Of a stretch of 32,000 nt of DNA, positions 8,775 to 17,740 are shown one piece after another (within the stretch, counting starts at the first letter, position 1; each line of letters begins with the position of its first letter). Source of the stretch: Okeania sp. (GTDB lineage Bacteria; Cyanobacteriota; Cyanobacteriia; Cyanobacteriales; Microcoleaceae); assembly GCF_035285525.1 (NCBI RefSeq), contig NZ_JAYKGW010000162.1:1-32000 (forward strand), read 5' to 3'. A program made the position numbers and the translations under genes. The notes under the pieces are model-generated. The model did not search any database, was not told where the DNA came from, and saw nothing but the letters and a program-made list of their open reading frames with translations.

Positions 8775-9266
8775 TTTCAGTTGATTTTGCTTCTCATGGC
8801 TGCTATTGTAAGTTTTAAATTGATAATTTTTACTTTTTTAAGCATTTCCATTGTTAGCTAGTTTACACTCTATCTTCCTATTCTAGAGTTTAGTTTTCCG
8901 GATAGTCAGAGATTCTTTTTACATATTTGTCGTAAATAAAATGGAAAATATAGGGTATTTAATCATCCTAATGTAATTGATTTACTATCATATTTGCTTT
9001 GTGTTAAGGCTAGTTAATTATCTTGTAGCTACACTTTAATCATGCATTTTGAATTATTTAACTTGATAAAATTCATAACAAAAAATACTCCTAATTTTAG
9101 CAACCAAAATAATTATCGACTTTGACAATAATTTATCACTCCTGATAAGTATGGCAAGAATTTAGAAAACCAACTTTGCCATACTTGTTTTCCTTGATTA
9201 CTTTTTTTATTTTAGTTTTTTTGTACAGTTATAACAAACAAGATGTGTGTATTACGAAAGTTCAAT

Positions 9267-10160
9267 CTATGCTAAAAAAGTTAATACTCTTCGTAAATAA
9301 TTTTCTGGATCTTCTAACATAGGAAAATGAGCCGTATTTTTCATCATAAAAAATTCGATTTTGTCATTAAGTTTTGCTGCTTGCTCACCCATTTCTGCCG
9401 GAATAATTTTGTCATATTCACCAGAAACTAATAAAATTGGTACTGTTGAATTTTTAAATTGTTCTGGCAACCATTCTGATGCTTCTTTACTCACAGATGT
9501 TAAGACCGTACCATAGGCAGCATCAAAGTCAGCCATTATAAAATCTTCTAAAAATTCATTACATAAATTATCAGGAATCGACCTATATAAAAATCTTTTC
9601 ATCACTATGCGACCCATAAAAGGAATTTTTGTTAACCATTTAGGGCGAAACATAACTACATAACGACTTACTTTATGGAATGCGGAAAAACTTTTTTCAT
9701 CATATTTAAAAATACCACTACAAGTTAAAATTGCTTTTTCTACTTTCTCTGGATAAAGATTTAAAAATATAGCGGAAATAGAAGAACCAGTTGAATGAGC
9801 TGTGAGGTAAACTTTCTCTAATTCTAAAGTATCTAATAAAATTTTTAAGTCTTTTGCATAACCAAATAATTCATAACTATTAATCAGTTCTTGTGAACTT
9901 TTAGATATACTTTTTTCTGTTGTGGAATCAGGTTTAGGTAAAGAACTACGACCAAATCCTCTGAGGTCATAAATTAAACAATCAAATTTTTCAGAAAGTT
10001 CTTTTGCCGTGGTTTCCCAATATCTGCCAGAACCTCCCCATCCATGTAGAAATACCATTACTGGTTTTGATTTTTCTACAGAATTTGATGTTTTTATCCA
10101 TTCATAATAATGCTCAACACCATTGATATTTATATAAGATGTTTTCTCTATTATTGTCAC
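9267..10160 (-). CDS. alpha/beta-fold hydrolase
   Basis: 297-aa ORF with the HGWGGSGRYW oxyanion region, the nucleophile elbow AHSTGS, and a C-terminal NTAHFPMLE (catalytic His). Confidence 0.85.
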   Translation of the reverse strand: MTIIEKTSYININGVEHYYEWIKTSNSVEKSKPVMVFLHGWGGSGRYWETTAKELSEKFDCLIYDLRGFGRSSLPKPDSTTEKSISKSSQELINSYELFGYAKDLKILLDTLELEKVYLTAHSTGSSISAIFLNLYPEKVEKAILTCSGIFKYDEKSFSAFHKVSRYVVMFRPKWLTKIPFMGRIVMKRFLYRSIPDNLCNEFLEDFIMADFDAAYGTVLTSVSKEASEWLPEQFKNSTVPILLVSGEYDKIIPAEMGEQAAKLNDKIEFFMMKNTAHFPMLEDPENYLRRVLTFLA

Positions 10161-10461
10161 TTTAAAATAACTCCTGCTTCCTGATTAAAATTGTTAATTT
10201 AGTTATAGATTATATCTCATTAATGGATAATTACCGAACTCAGAAACTGGGTTTCTTTGTATAAATCATAATTATATCAAACTATCACTAAAAAATAAGG
10301 TATCGATCACTAATTAAAAGTTACCGAATAATTAATAATTAAATAATTAAATAATTAAATAATTCATGCCTTGAAGTTTCCCCTTTCAAAGGGAAAAAAA
10401 TAAATGTTTTCCTTTTATTCAATCCTCTTCTTTTTAGGGAGAGGTAACTATCAATTATTAA

Positions 10462-11031
10462 TTATTGAATTAATTCTCCGTGTGTCTCTAATATTTGCCT
10501 AATAAATTCTGCTGCTGTTATTTGTATTGCTGTTTCATCTTCAACACTGTTTTGATTTAGCCACCAACCTCTAGTAGTTTGGGGCGATCGCCATATTTCT
10601 AAATGTTCTACAAATGGATGGGCATAAAAATTACCATCACTACTTCCCAAAAGTCCCCAACTCCAATGAGTAAAATAGTCGTGACTAAGTTTATAGATAG
10701 GAAAATTTCCAGTTAAAGGCATTCCCCATCCATCAATAGCTATAACTGCTTTTACTTGTCCACCTTTCATTTGCCAAGTCCAAGCAGCTCCTATTGCTCC
10801 TACCACTCCCGCACTAAAGGCAATAAATAGTAATGGTACATCTATGGTTATTGATTTTTCGTACCATAAAAAATTTGATATGTCAAGAGCAGAATAGGAA
10901 GCATAGTCTTTAGTTGGATAGACCAAGAAGTTATGGGAATCTGAAGAAATTGGCCAATTAATACATAATCCCTCCAAGAATTGATCGGTTAGGTGTGGGT
11001 CATGTATTCCAGGGCAAATTACTATAGTCAT
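10462..11031 (-). CDS. conserved cyanobacterial alpha/beta-hydrolase-like protein
   Basis: 189-aa ORF with MTIVICPGIHD... and a GxSxG-like FSAGV. The fold assignment is tentative. Confidence 0.5.
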   Translation of the reverse strand: MTIVICPGIHDPHLTDQFLEGLCINWPISSDSHNFLVYPTKDYASYSALDISNFLWYEKSITIDVPLLFIAFSAGVVGAIGAAWTWQMKGGQVKAVIAIDGWGMPLTGNFPIYKLSHDYFTHWSWGLLGSSDGNFYAHPFVEHLEIWRSPQTTRGWWLNQNSVEDETAIQITAAEFIRQILETHGELIQ

Positions 11032-11093
11032 TTCAGTTATTAGTCACCTCACAGGGATATACGGATTAAGAGTAGATTAGGAATTACGGAGAG

Positions 11094-11128
<35 letters not shown>

Positions 11129-11665
11129 CGTTTCAAACTATAACGTTATAGTTTTTTAACTCTATATATAGTACCTTTGCGTAAGTCCTGTAGATGTGTA
11201 AATAAGGTTTGCGCTTCTTCAGTCTTTTAGGAGGGGGAAGGAGTCAGAATCCAGAATCCAGAAGTCACGGGAATTTATAGAAGAGTAGGGACGCCCTTAT
11301 GCAACGTCCGTACAGAAGAATTTTCCCTAAAGTGCAAAACTTTATATTATCTCAATAATTTTAGTACCCATCCCCCCAGTGGGGAATGCTAAACTAACAC
11401 CAGAGTGAAATTACTCATTTTTTTTAATTGAGTTAATTAAAAGGTAAGCATTTTCTGAGGAATGCTGCGCAAACAGCAGTCAGCTATTTATTTTAGTTTG
11501 AAATAAAAGCTTTATTAGTTAAGATAAATTGGATATTACTATCAAAGCCGACTTTAAAGGTTATATTCATTTAAAGCCATTTCCAACTCTTAGATAGTTT
11601 TGCTGTTAGCTGACAGCCAATAGCTGAATGCTTAAATTATAAAGATATAAGTAAAGGAGCAAAAC

Positions 11666-12862
11666 TTGGTTACAACTACAGAAAAAATTCAAACTCCAAC
11701 AAATTCTATATCTCCTATTCAAGACAGAGTAGCAGTTTTATTAATGGGATATGGAGAAGTAGAAAGTTATGAAGATTTTGCTAATTATAATGAACAAGCA
11801 TTAAACTTACTTACGGCTAAATTTGCTCCAGTTCCTACTTGGATATATCCTCCTTTAGCAAAATTATTAGCTATTTTTGATTTGCATGAATGGAGTCATC
11901 AACATGGTAACTTCATCTCTCCTCATAATGCTATTTTTGAAAGTCAAAGAGCAGGAATTGAAAAAAATCTCCAAGTAAAATGGGGCGATCGCGTCAAAGT
12001 ATTTAAAGCTTTTAACTTTTGCGCTCCCCACTTACCAGAACAAGTATTAACACAGATTAAATCTGAAGGATTTGATAAAATATTAATTTATCCTTTGTTA
12101 GTAGTTGACTCTATTTTCACCAGTGGAATAGCTGTTGAACAAGTTAATAAAGCATTAGTAAAATTAGCAGATCAAACCGAACATTGGGTTAAAGGTCAAC
12201 GTTATATTCCTTCTTTTTATAACGAACCTGATTATATTAATTTAACTGCAAAAATGGTAGAAGAACAAATTGCTAATGACTTAGCAGTTGCTCATTTACC
12301 ATCTCAAATTGGTATTGTTTTAACTAATCATGGTTGCCCCCATAAAGCCAAAGGTTTTACTTCTGGAATTGATGAAAGTCAGACACTTTATGAGTTAGTA
12401 AGAGAACGTTTAATTAATCGTTTTCCTCTAATTTCTGTAGGTTGGTTAAACCATGATACTCCAATGATTGAATGGACTCAACCAGATGCTAAAACTGCTG
12501 CGAAAAACTTGATAGAATTAGGTGCAACAGCTATTATTTTTATGCCTATTGGTTTTGCTACAGAAAACCATGAAACATTATTAGATGTAGAGCATATTAT
12601 TGAAGCTTTGCGTCAGAAACATCCGGAAGTAACTTATCGACAAATGCCTTGTGTAAATGACCGCTCAGAATTTGTGCAAATGGCTGCTGAATGGGCGAAT
12701 CCTTATATTGAGGAACTCTTAAGTGAAAATGCTTTGGCTATTAATCCTTCTTTGGCAGTAGCACAAGCAAAATCAAATCATGTTCATAGTCACGATCATG
12801 GTCATAGTCATTCTCATGGTCATCATCACCATCACGACGACCACGACCATCATCATCATTAG
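11666..12862 (+). CDS. ferrochelatase-family (class II chelatase) protein with a C-terminal His-rich tail
   Basis: 398-aa ORF with a TTG start preceded by AAGGAG (11654-11659). It has N-terminal VAVLLMGYGEVES.., NHGCPH and TENHETLLDVE (ferrochelatase-like D/N-H-x-ET). The tail is HVHSHDHGHSHSHGHHHHHDDHDHHHH. No CAB domain is present. Confidence 0.6.
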   Translation: MVTTTEKIQTPTNSISPIQDRVAVLLMGYGEVESYEDFANYNEQALNLLTAKFAPVPTWIYPPLAKLLAIFDLHEWSHQHGNFISPHNAIFESQRAGIEKNLQVKWGDRVKVFKAFNFCAPHLPEQVLTQIKSEGFDKILIYPLLVVDSIFTSGIAVEQVNKALVKLADQTEHWVKGQRYIPSFYNEPDYINLTAKMVEEQIANDLAVAHLPSQIGIVLTNHGCPHKAKGFTSGIDESQTLYELVRERLINRFPLISVGWLNHDTPMIEWTQPDAKTAAKNLIELGATAIIFMPIGFATENHETLLDVEHIIEALRQKHPEVTYRQMPCVNDRSEFVQMAAEWANPYIEELLSENALAINPSLAVAQAKSNHVHSHDHGHSHSHGHHHHHDDHDHHHH

Positions 12863-13112
12863 GTATTTTTTACTTTTCTTCAAGCCTTTTTTCAAGGTTA
12901 AATATTCTGGAAATTTGGCTGTGGAATGGGCATCTTGCCCGTTCCTGAAATATTCGGACGGACAGGATGCTCATCCGACTTATATTCACCATTTTCCTAT
13001 TTTATCAATGGGTCAAGAGTTACATAAAGGTACTATAATATAGAGTCTTGGTGCGTTGTGCGTTGTGGAATAACACACCTACTAAACTGACACACCTTAA
13101 ATAGTGCAATAT

Positions 13113-13511
13113 GTAGGGGCGGGTTTGAGCAGAAATTTTCATGCTTACTCTAAGGTCTACATAAACCCGCCCCGCTAGAGGGTGCGTGATATCATCAGGG
13201 GGCGGGTTTAGCCAACTGATCCGTGAAGACTCGTTAACTGAATTAGGACTAAAGCCATAAACGCTATTAGTAGGGTGCGTCAGCGTCAGTATCACAGATA
13301 GATACACTATATATAGTGTCTTTCCGTAAGTCCTATTAATAATAAAACCCGCCCCTAGAAAACCTAATTCCCTAATACACTATTTTAACTGTGTCGGTAT
13401 ATCATGGGGGGCGGGTTTAGCCAACTGATCCGTGAAGACTCGTTAACTTAATGATGAAACCCGCCCCTAGAAAACCTGATTCTCTAATACACTATTTTAA
13501 CTGTGTCGGTA
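13113..13511. repeat. composite repeat block: MITE-A (13113-13175) + unit X (13191-13239) + Y (13345-13399) + X (13401-13448) + Y (13457-13511)
   Basis: GTAGGGGCGGGTTT...AAACCCGCCCC hairpin element. X is ATCATGGGGGGCGGGTTTAGCCAACTGATCCGTGAAGACTCGTTAAC. Y is AAACCCGCCCCTAGAAAACCT.ATTC.CTAATACACTATTTTAACTGTGTCGGTA. Confidence 0.85.
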
Positions 13512-13648
13512 CTACCAGTAGCGTTCATGGGTAAGTCCTAATTTTAGTATTGTGGTATGTGTAAAAACTGTCGAAATATCTAGCAGATTTAAGCTTGTTC
13601 ATTCTTACTTCTGCCTTTTGCTCCTATATTATATAATATTGAAAATTT

Positions 13649-13691
13649 TGTAATCAATGATACAACACACTTCATTAAGTTTCTATAAATT
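13649..13691 (+). promoter_or_regulatory. candidate NtcA-type promoter upstream of the globin gene
   Basis: TGTA-ATCAATGA-TACA (13649-13664), then 22 nt after TAC, then TAAATT (13686-13691, fits TAN3T). About 70 nt upstream of the ATG at 13767. Confidence 0.3.
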
Positions 13692-13766
13692 GTTGGACGG
13701 AGTTAGTCAAAAATTAATTTTTTTGCTATCCTAGCACTAAATAATTTATAGAGAGATACCAAAGCA

Positions 13767-14270
13767 ATGTCATCACCAGAGCAAACCCCTAAAAATACTG
13801 ATAATACAGACCAAGATAATAAAAAAACCGAATTACAAGTTGAACTATTGGAAAACAGTTTTGAGCAAGTTAAGCCCAGAGCTGATGAATTTACTAAAAG
13901 CTTCTACAATAACCTCTTTACCGACTACCCAGATGCCCAACCCCTGTTTACTAGCACTGATATGGCAGCCCAACATAAAAAATTATTAGGCTCTTTAATT
14001 TTGGTAGTTGAAAATCTCCGGAGACCAGATGTTTTAACCGATGCACTGGAAGGACTCGGAGCTAGACACGTCAAATATGGTGCTCTACCCGAACACTACC
14101 CGTTAGTTGGTAATTCTCTGTTAAAAACTTTCGAGCAATATTTAAAAGAAGATTGGACAGAAGAAGTGAAGCAAGCTTGGGTAGATGCTTATGGAGCAAT
14201 TACTGAGCTAATGTTAAAAGGAGCAGAAGGTGTTGATGTTAGTAAAGCAGAGCTTTCAGAGAAGAAATAA
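13767..14270 (+). CDS. single-domain 3/3 globin (flavohaemoglobin/Vitreoscilla-type globin domain)
   Basis: 167-aa ORF. SFYNNLFTDYPDAQPLF carries the B10 Tyr and CD Phe, AAQHKKLLGSL the E-helix Gln, and LGARHVKYGALPEHYPLVG the proximal His region. Confidence 0.85.
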   Translation: MSSPEQTPKNTDNTDQDNKKTELQVELLENSFEQVKPRADEFTKSFYNNLFTDYPDAQPLFTSTDMAAQHKKLLGSLILVVENLRRPDVLTDALEGLGARHVKYGALPEHYPLVGNSLLKTFEQYLKEDWTEEVKQAWVDAYGAITELMLKGAEGVDVSKAELSEKK

Positions 14271-14380
14271 TAAGCAGTCAGCACTCAGCACTCAGCAATT
14301 AGTAGAATCATTTTTTTTACTTGCTAGAGGGAAACTTCAGCTCAGAGTTACAAAAACCTGATCGCTAATTAAATAAAAAA

Positions 14381-14410
14381 ATGACTGATAACTAATAACT
14401 GATAACTGAA
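14381..14410 (+). repeat. heptameric STRR leader (CTGATAA/CTAATAA)n ending ATAACTGATAACTGAA before the ATG
   Basis: Read directly. No Shine-Dalgarno-like purine run lies between the tract and the ATG. Confidence 0.9.
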
Positions 14411-15046
14411 ATGACTGGTTTTTCTGACAACATTAAAAAAGCCCATTTATTCCAATTAAAAACATTAATAATTGGAATAATGGTACTTTTGGTACTTTGG
14501 TTTGCCGGAGCATTTATCCTCGACCAACGTCAAGCTTTTCTTCCCGGAAAAACTTCTGAAGGACATTTATTATTTGAAGTTTCCTGTAATTCCTGTCACG
14601 AAGGTTTTAAACCTGTGACAAATGAAGCTTGTATGCGCTGTCATCAACCAGAAATGGCTACAGACACTCATGGCGAGAAAAAGTTTCGCGACCCCCGTTG
14701 GGCAGAATTACTGAATAATATTGATGTATTGACCTGTACTGCTTGCCATCTAGAACATGTTCATATATTTGCCCGTGGAGTTAATCTCAAACCTGACTTG
14801 TGCATGAGCTGCCATGAGGGAGTAATTGCAGGAGATATTCCCAGTCACAAAGGTTTTGAACGTGATGGCTGTTGGACGGCAGGATGTCATAATTTCCATG
14901 ACCATCGTTCTATTTCGACGGGGTTTTTGGGGCAAAATTTGAATCAACCACGACTGTTACCGAAGCCAGAATTACCAATTTTGACTGTGACAGCTACTGT
15001 GGAAAAAGCTCCTCCACCAGATTTAAGTAAAGAGTTTTTGGAATGA
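14411..15046 (+). CDS. membrane-anchored pentahaem c-type cytochrome (cytochrome c3-like)
   Basis: 211-aa ORF with one N-terminal TM helix (LIIGIMVLLVLWFAGAFIL). Four CXXCH motifs (CNSCH, CMRCH, CTACH, CMSCH) plus one CX4CH (CWTAGCH). Confidence 0.85.
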   Translation: MTGFSDNIKKAHLFQLKTLIIGIMVLLVLWFAGAFILDQRQAFLPGKTSEGHLLFEVSCNSCHEGFKPVTNEACMRCHQPEMATDTHGEKKFRDPRWAELLNNIDVLTCTACHLEHVHIFARGVNLKPDLCMSCHEGVIAGDIPSHKGFERDGCWTAGCHNFHDHRSISTGFLGQNLNQPRLLPKPELPILTVTATVEKAPPPDLSKEFLE

Positions 15047-15864
15047 AGACAATTCAAAATACACGGCAGTCTCAGTTCAAAATACGCTTGTTTCCTCTGG
15101 TTGGTTTATTTGTTTGTTTTTGGGCGCTATTTTGTGTTACTTCTCCTGTCAGTGCTAGCTCAATTTCTCAACCACAACTTGAGGATATTAATCAACTTTG
15201 GCGGGGAAGTGCCCATGCTTTAGCTGATATAAATTGTTCTAGCTGTCACTTGGAAGAGAAAACTAAAAAATTGATAAGTCAACCAACTTATGAAAGTTGT
15301 CAAAGTTGCCATGAGTCAGAAGTAGAAACTTTTTTGTTTGGCAAACACGGTATTCGTCTGGGGGAAGGTTTGTCTCCTTTGACTCCAAAAATGGCAAGCC
15401 TACCAATGAAGGAATCAGCTTTGGGGAGGCAAATGAATTGTAATACTTGCCATGACGTTCATTCTGTTAACACTTATCAAGCTGCTGTTGATTCTTGTTT
15501 GACTTGTCACAATGATACCCATTCTCTGAGTTATCAAGACTCAAAGCATGGTCAACAATTTTTGGCAGCAGGAAGGTTGCCGAGACCTTCTGAGGAGTCG
15601 GTAACTTGTGCCAGTTGTCATTTACCTCGCCAACATCAAGAGATAGGTAAAAAAGTATTTGTTAATCATAATAATACTTACAATTTATTGCCTCGCGATC
15701 GCATGGTTGCCGATGTTTGTATGAATTGTCATGGGATGGAATATTCCTATAATAGCATCTTCGATAATGAATTAGTGGAAGGCAATTTTAATCGCCAACC
15801 TAACCAAGATTTAGAAACCTTAAAACTAATTAGGGAATTTGAGAAAAAGCGATTAGGCAATTAA
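15043..15864 (+). CDS. secreted hexahaem c-type cytochrome
   Basis: 273-aa ORF whose ATG overlaps the upstream TGA (ATGA, 4-nt overlap). Signal peptide ends ..VTSPVSA-SS. Six CXXCH motifs (CSSCH, CQSCH, CNTCH, CLTCH, CASCH, CMNCH). Confidence 0.85.
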   Translation: MKTIQNTRQSQFKIRLFPLVGLFVCFWALFCVTSPVSASSISQPQLEDINQLWRGSAHALADINCSSCHLEEKTKKLISQPTYESCQSCHESEVETFLFGKHGIRLGEGLSPLTPKMASLPMKESALGRQMNCNTCHDVHSVNTYQAAVDSCLTCHNDTHSLSYQDSKHGQQFLAAGRLPRPSEESVTCASCHLPRQHQEIGKKVFVNHNNTYNLLPRDRMVADVCMNCHGMEYSYNSIFDNELVEGNFNRQPNQDLETLKLIREFEKKRLGN

Positions 15865-16374
15865 TAATTAATAATTAATAATTAATCCCTAGAGGTTTTA
15901 AGTTTTTTGACCAATAGACATCTCGAAAAATAAAAGTTAAAATCAATTACTGGGGAGAAATCATTAATTCTTTCCTCCGTAAGGACGTTGCATACAACGT
16001 TCTTACTCTCTCTTAGATAATTCAGGAGTTACGCAACTGCAACGTATTTTCGTTTGATACGACCGTCGGGAAGCAATCTCAAACCCTTATTTTTCCTACC
16101 TCATAGCTTTAGTCCTATAATTGATAATTATTGCTCTGCTAATTCAACCTCAAAGCATCTACAGATAAAAGTTTGAGCAATTAATAGTCATTTTTAAGGG
16201 GTGCATCTCAGACATATTAAATTATCAACCTCTCCAAGATTTAGAAATACTGCACTTTCTGTTGCTAGTTAGATACAAAGCTAACAAGCAAGATGCTTGT
16301 GTTAGAAAAATTCGGTTGTGGTGTACAAGTAGTGATTTTTACAATTAGACTTCTAACAATGAAAAAGGTTGATT

Positions 16375-16418
16375 TGTAAATACTGCTACATCTACAGGAC
16401 TACCAAAAGTTTTATCAT
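16375..16418 (+). promoter_or_regulatory. candidate NtcA-type promoter upstream of the Tll0287-like gene
   Basis: TGTA-AATACTGC-TACA (16375-16390), then 23 nt after TAC, then TATCAT (16413-16418, fits TAN3T). About 100 nt upstream of the ATG at 16516. Confidence 0.3.
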
Positions 16419-16515
16419 TTCAACTTGTACATCATTAGTCTGAAATAGGCTCTATTTTTCATTGTTCATTATTAATTAATTGTGTAAATTATAAATAAAT
16501 TAGGAGAATGTAACT

Positions 16516-17154
16516 ATGAATTTCTTCAAGCGTTTCCAAGGACGAACTTTAGTATTATTTACTTTAGCAGTAACTATTTGTTTCACAGCAATTGCTTGCG
16601 GTGGTGGTGGTGGTTCTCAAACTCAAGCTAGCATTGGTATTCCCCCTGAATTGGTAGTTGATTATATCCATTCTGTAGCTGAAGCTGACAGAACTGCTTA
16701 TACCAAGCACGTTGTTAACCGTCTCAAAACTTTGGAAGGAAAACCTAAAGAAGCTGGAGTTGTTCCTGCGGAAGCAACGGAAGCTTGGCAACAAGCAAAT
16801 GGTGTTCCTTTACCAGCACAAATGTTCCGTTTGGGAGCAGAGTTAGCTTCAGAAAAAGGAACCTTTACTTACGGGTTGATTTCTCCTTGGAATATTAATG
16901 ATAGTCAAGCTCCTAAAGGTGAATTTGAAAGTGCAGGAATGCAGCAAGTTGTAGATACTGGTGAACCTTATAAAGCAGAGCGAGAAATTGCCGGTCAAAA
17001 ATATTATTCGGCTATTTATCCTGATAAAGCTATTGCTGAAGCTTGTGTTACTTGCCATAATGAACACCCTATTCATAAAGAACGTTATCCTGACAAAGTG
17101 TTTAAGTTAAACGATGTTATGGGTGGTGTGGTAATTAATTTACCTTTGACTTAA
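16516..17154 (+). CDS. Tll0287-like (DUF3365) c-type haem protein, probable lipoprotein
   Basis: 212-aa ORF with SD AGGAG 9 nt upstream. Signal peptide has a lipobox-like TAIA-C followed by a Gly-rich linker. The C-terminal ACVTCHNEHP is the signature single haem-c site of this family. Confidence 0.75.
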   Translation: MNFFKRFQGRTLVLFTLAVTICFTAIACGGGGGSQTQASIGIPPELVVDYIHSVAEADRTAYTKHVVNRLKTLEGKPKEAGVVPAEATEAWQQANGVPLPAQMFRLGAELASEKGTFTYGLISPWNINDSQAPKGEFESAGMQQVVDTGEPYKAEREIAGQKYYSAIYPDKAIAEACVTCHNEHPIHKERYPDKVFKLNDVMGGVVINLPLT

Positions 17155-17461
17155 GAAGCATTTAGCTGTCGGTTTCCAAGTCTCGAAGTCTCCAAGGATT
17201 AAAATCCTCGGCTAATAGCTGAAGTCATCTAAAGATGACTGAATTTTTACAGGACTTACGCAAAAGCAGTACATAAGGAGTATTGGTGCGTTACGCTACG
17301 CTTTTCATGTCGCGGAGCGAAACGCACCCTACTGGACTAACACACCTAAAACTGTGCAGAGCGATTTTTTCTCCCTTACCACCTTGTATTCCTGGTCTTC
17401 CTTGTCTAAACACAGCCAAAAAGTAATGCACCATTATAAGGTGTGTCAATCTACTACTAGA

Positions 17462-17650
17462 CTGTTTGATCTAATGAGTGTGTATTAGGGAATCAGGGTT
17501 TGTAGGGGCTGCTTTCATTATTAAGTTAACGAGTCTTCACCAATAAGTTGGCTAAACCCGCCCCCCCATGATACTACGCAACCTCTAAGGGGGCGGGTTT
17601 ATGTAAATATTAGAGTAAGCATGAAAATTGCTGCTAAAGCCAGCCCCTAC
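17462..17650. repeat. inverted copy of the 13113-13511 composite repeat (rcY 17462-17516, rcX 17522-17573, rcMITE-A 17589-17650)
   Basis: The reverse complement reads MITE-A then X then Y, the same order as the left block. Similarity was judged by eye to be high over about 130-190 nt. Confidence 0.8.
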
Positions 17651-17740
17651 CCCATGCACCATTTTAGCTGTAGAAATTTATTTCTTGGTCGATGACAAAT
17701 CTCGCTTTCCTTGTTCCTTCTTCCTTCTTCCTTCCAACAA

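Noticed and set aside
12780-13307. Track ORFs 12780-13043 (+) and 13020-13307 (-).
   Set aside because: The first is an out-of-frame reading of the His-tail codons that continues into repeats. The second lies entirely on MITE-like repeat DNA. Neither has an RBS or a recognisable protein pattern.
14381-14395. Mini-ORF ATG ACT GAT AAC TAA inside the STRR leader, considered as a regulatory upstream ORF.
   Set aside because: It arises automatically from the heptamer sequence and has no RBS. The equivalent leaders at 4754 and 25812 do not share it in the same register.
17711-17740. TTG start given by the ORF track for the membrane protein.
   Set aside because: The first 10 codons are the CT heptamer repeat (LFLLPSSFQQ). 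ATG 17741 begins a normal N-terminus (MKPKF + hydrophobic helix).
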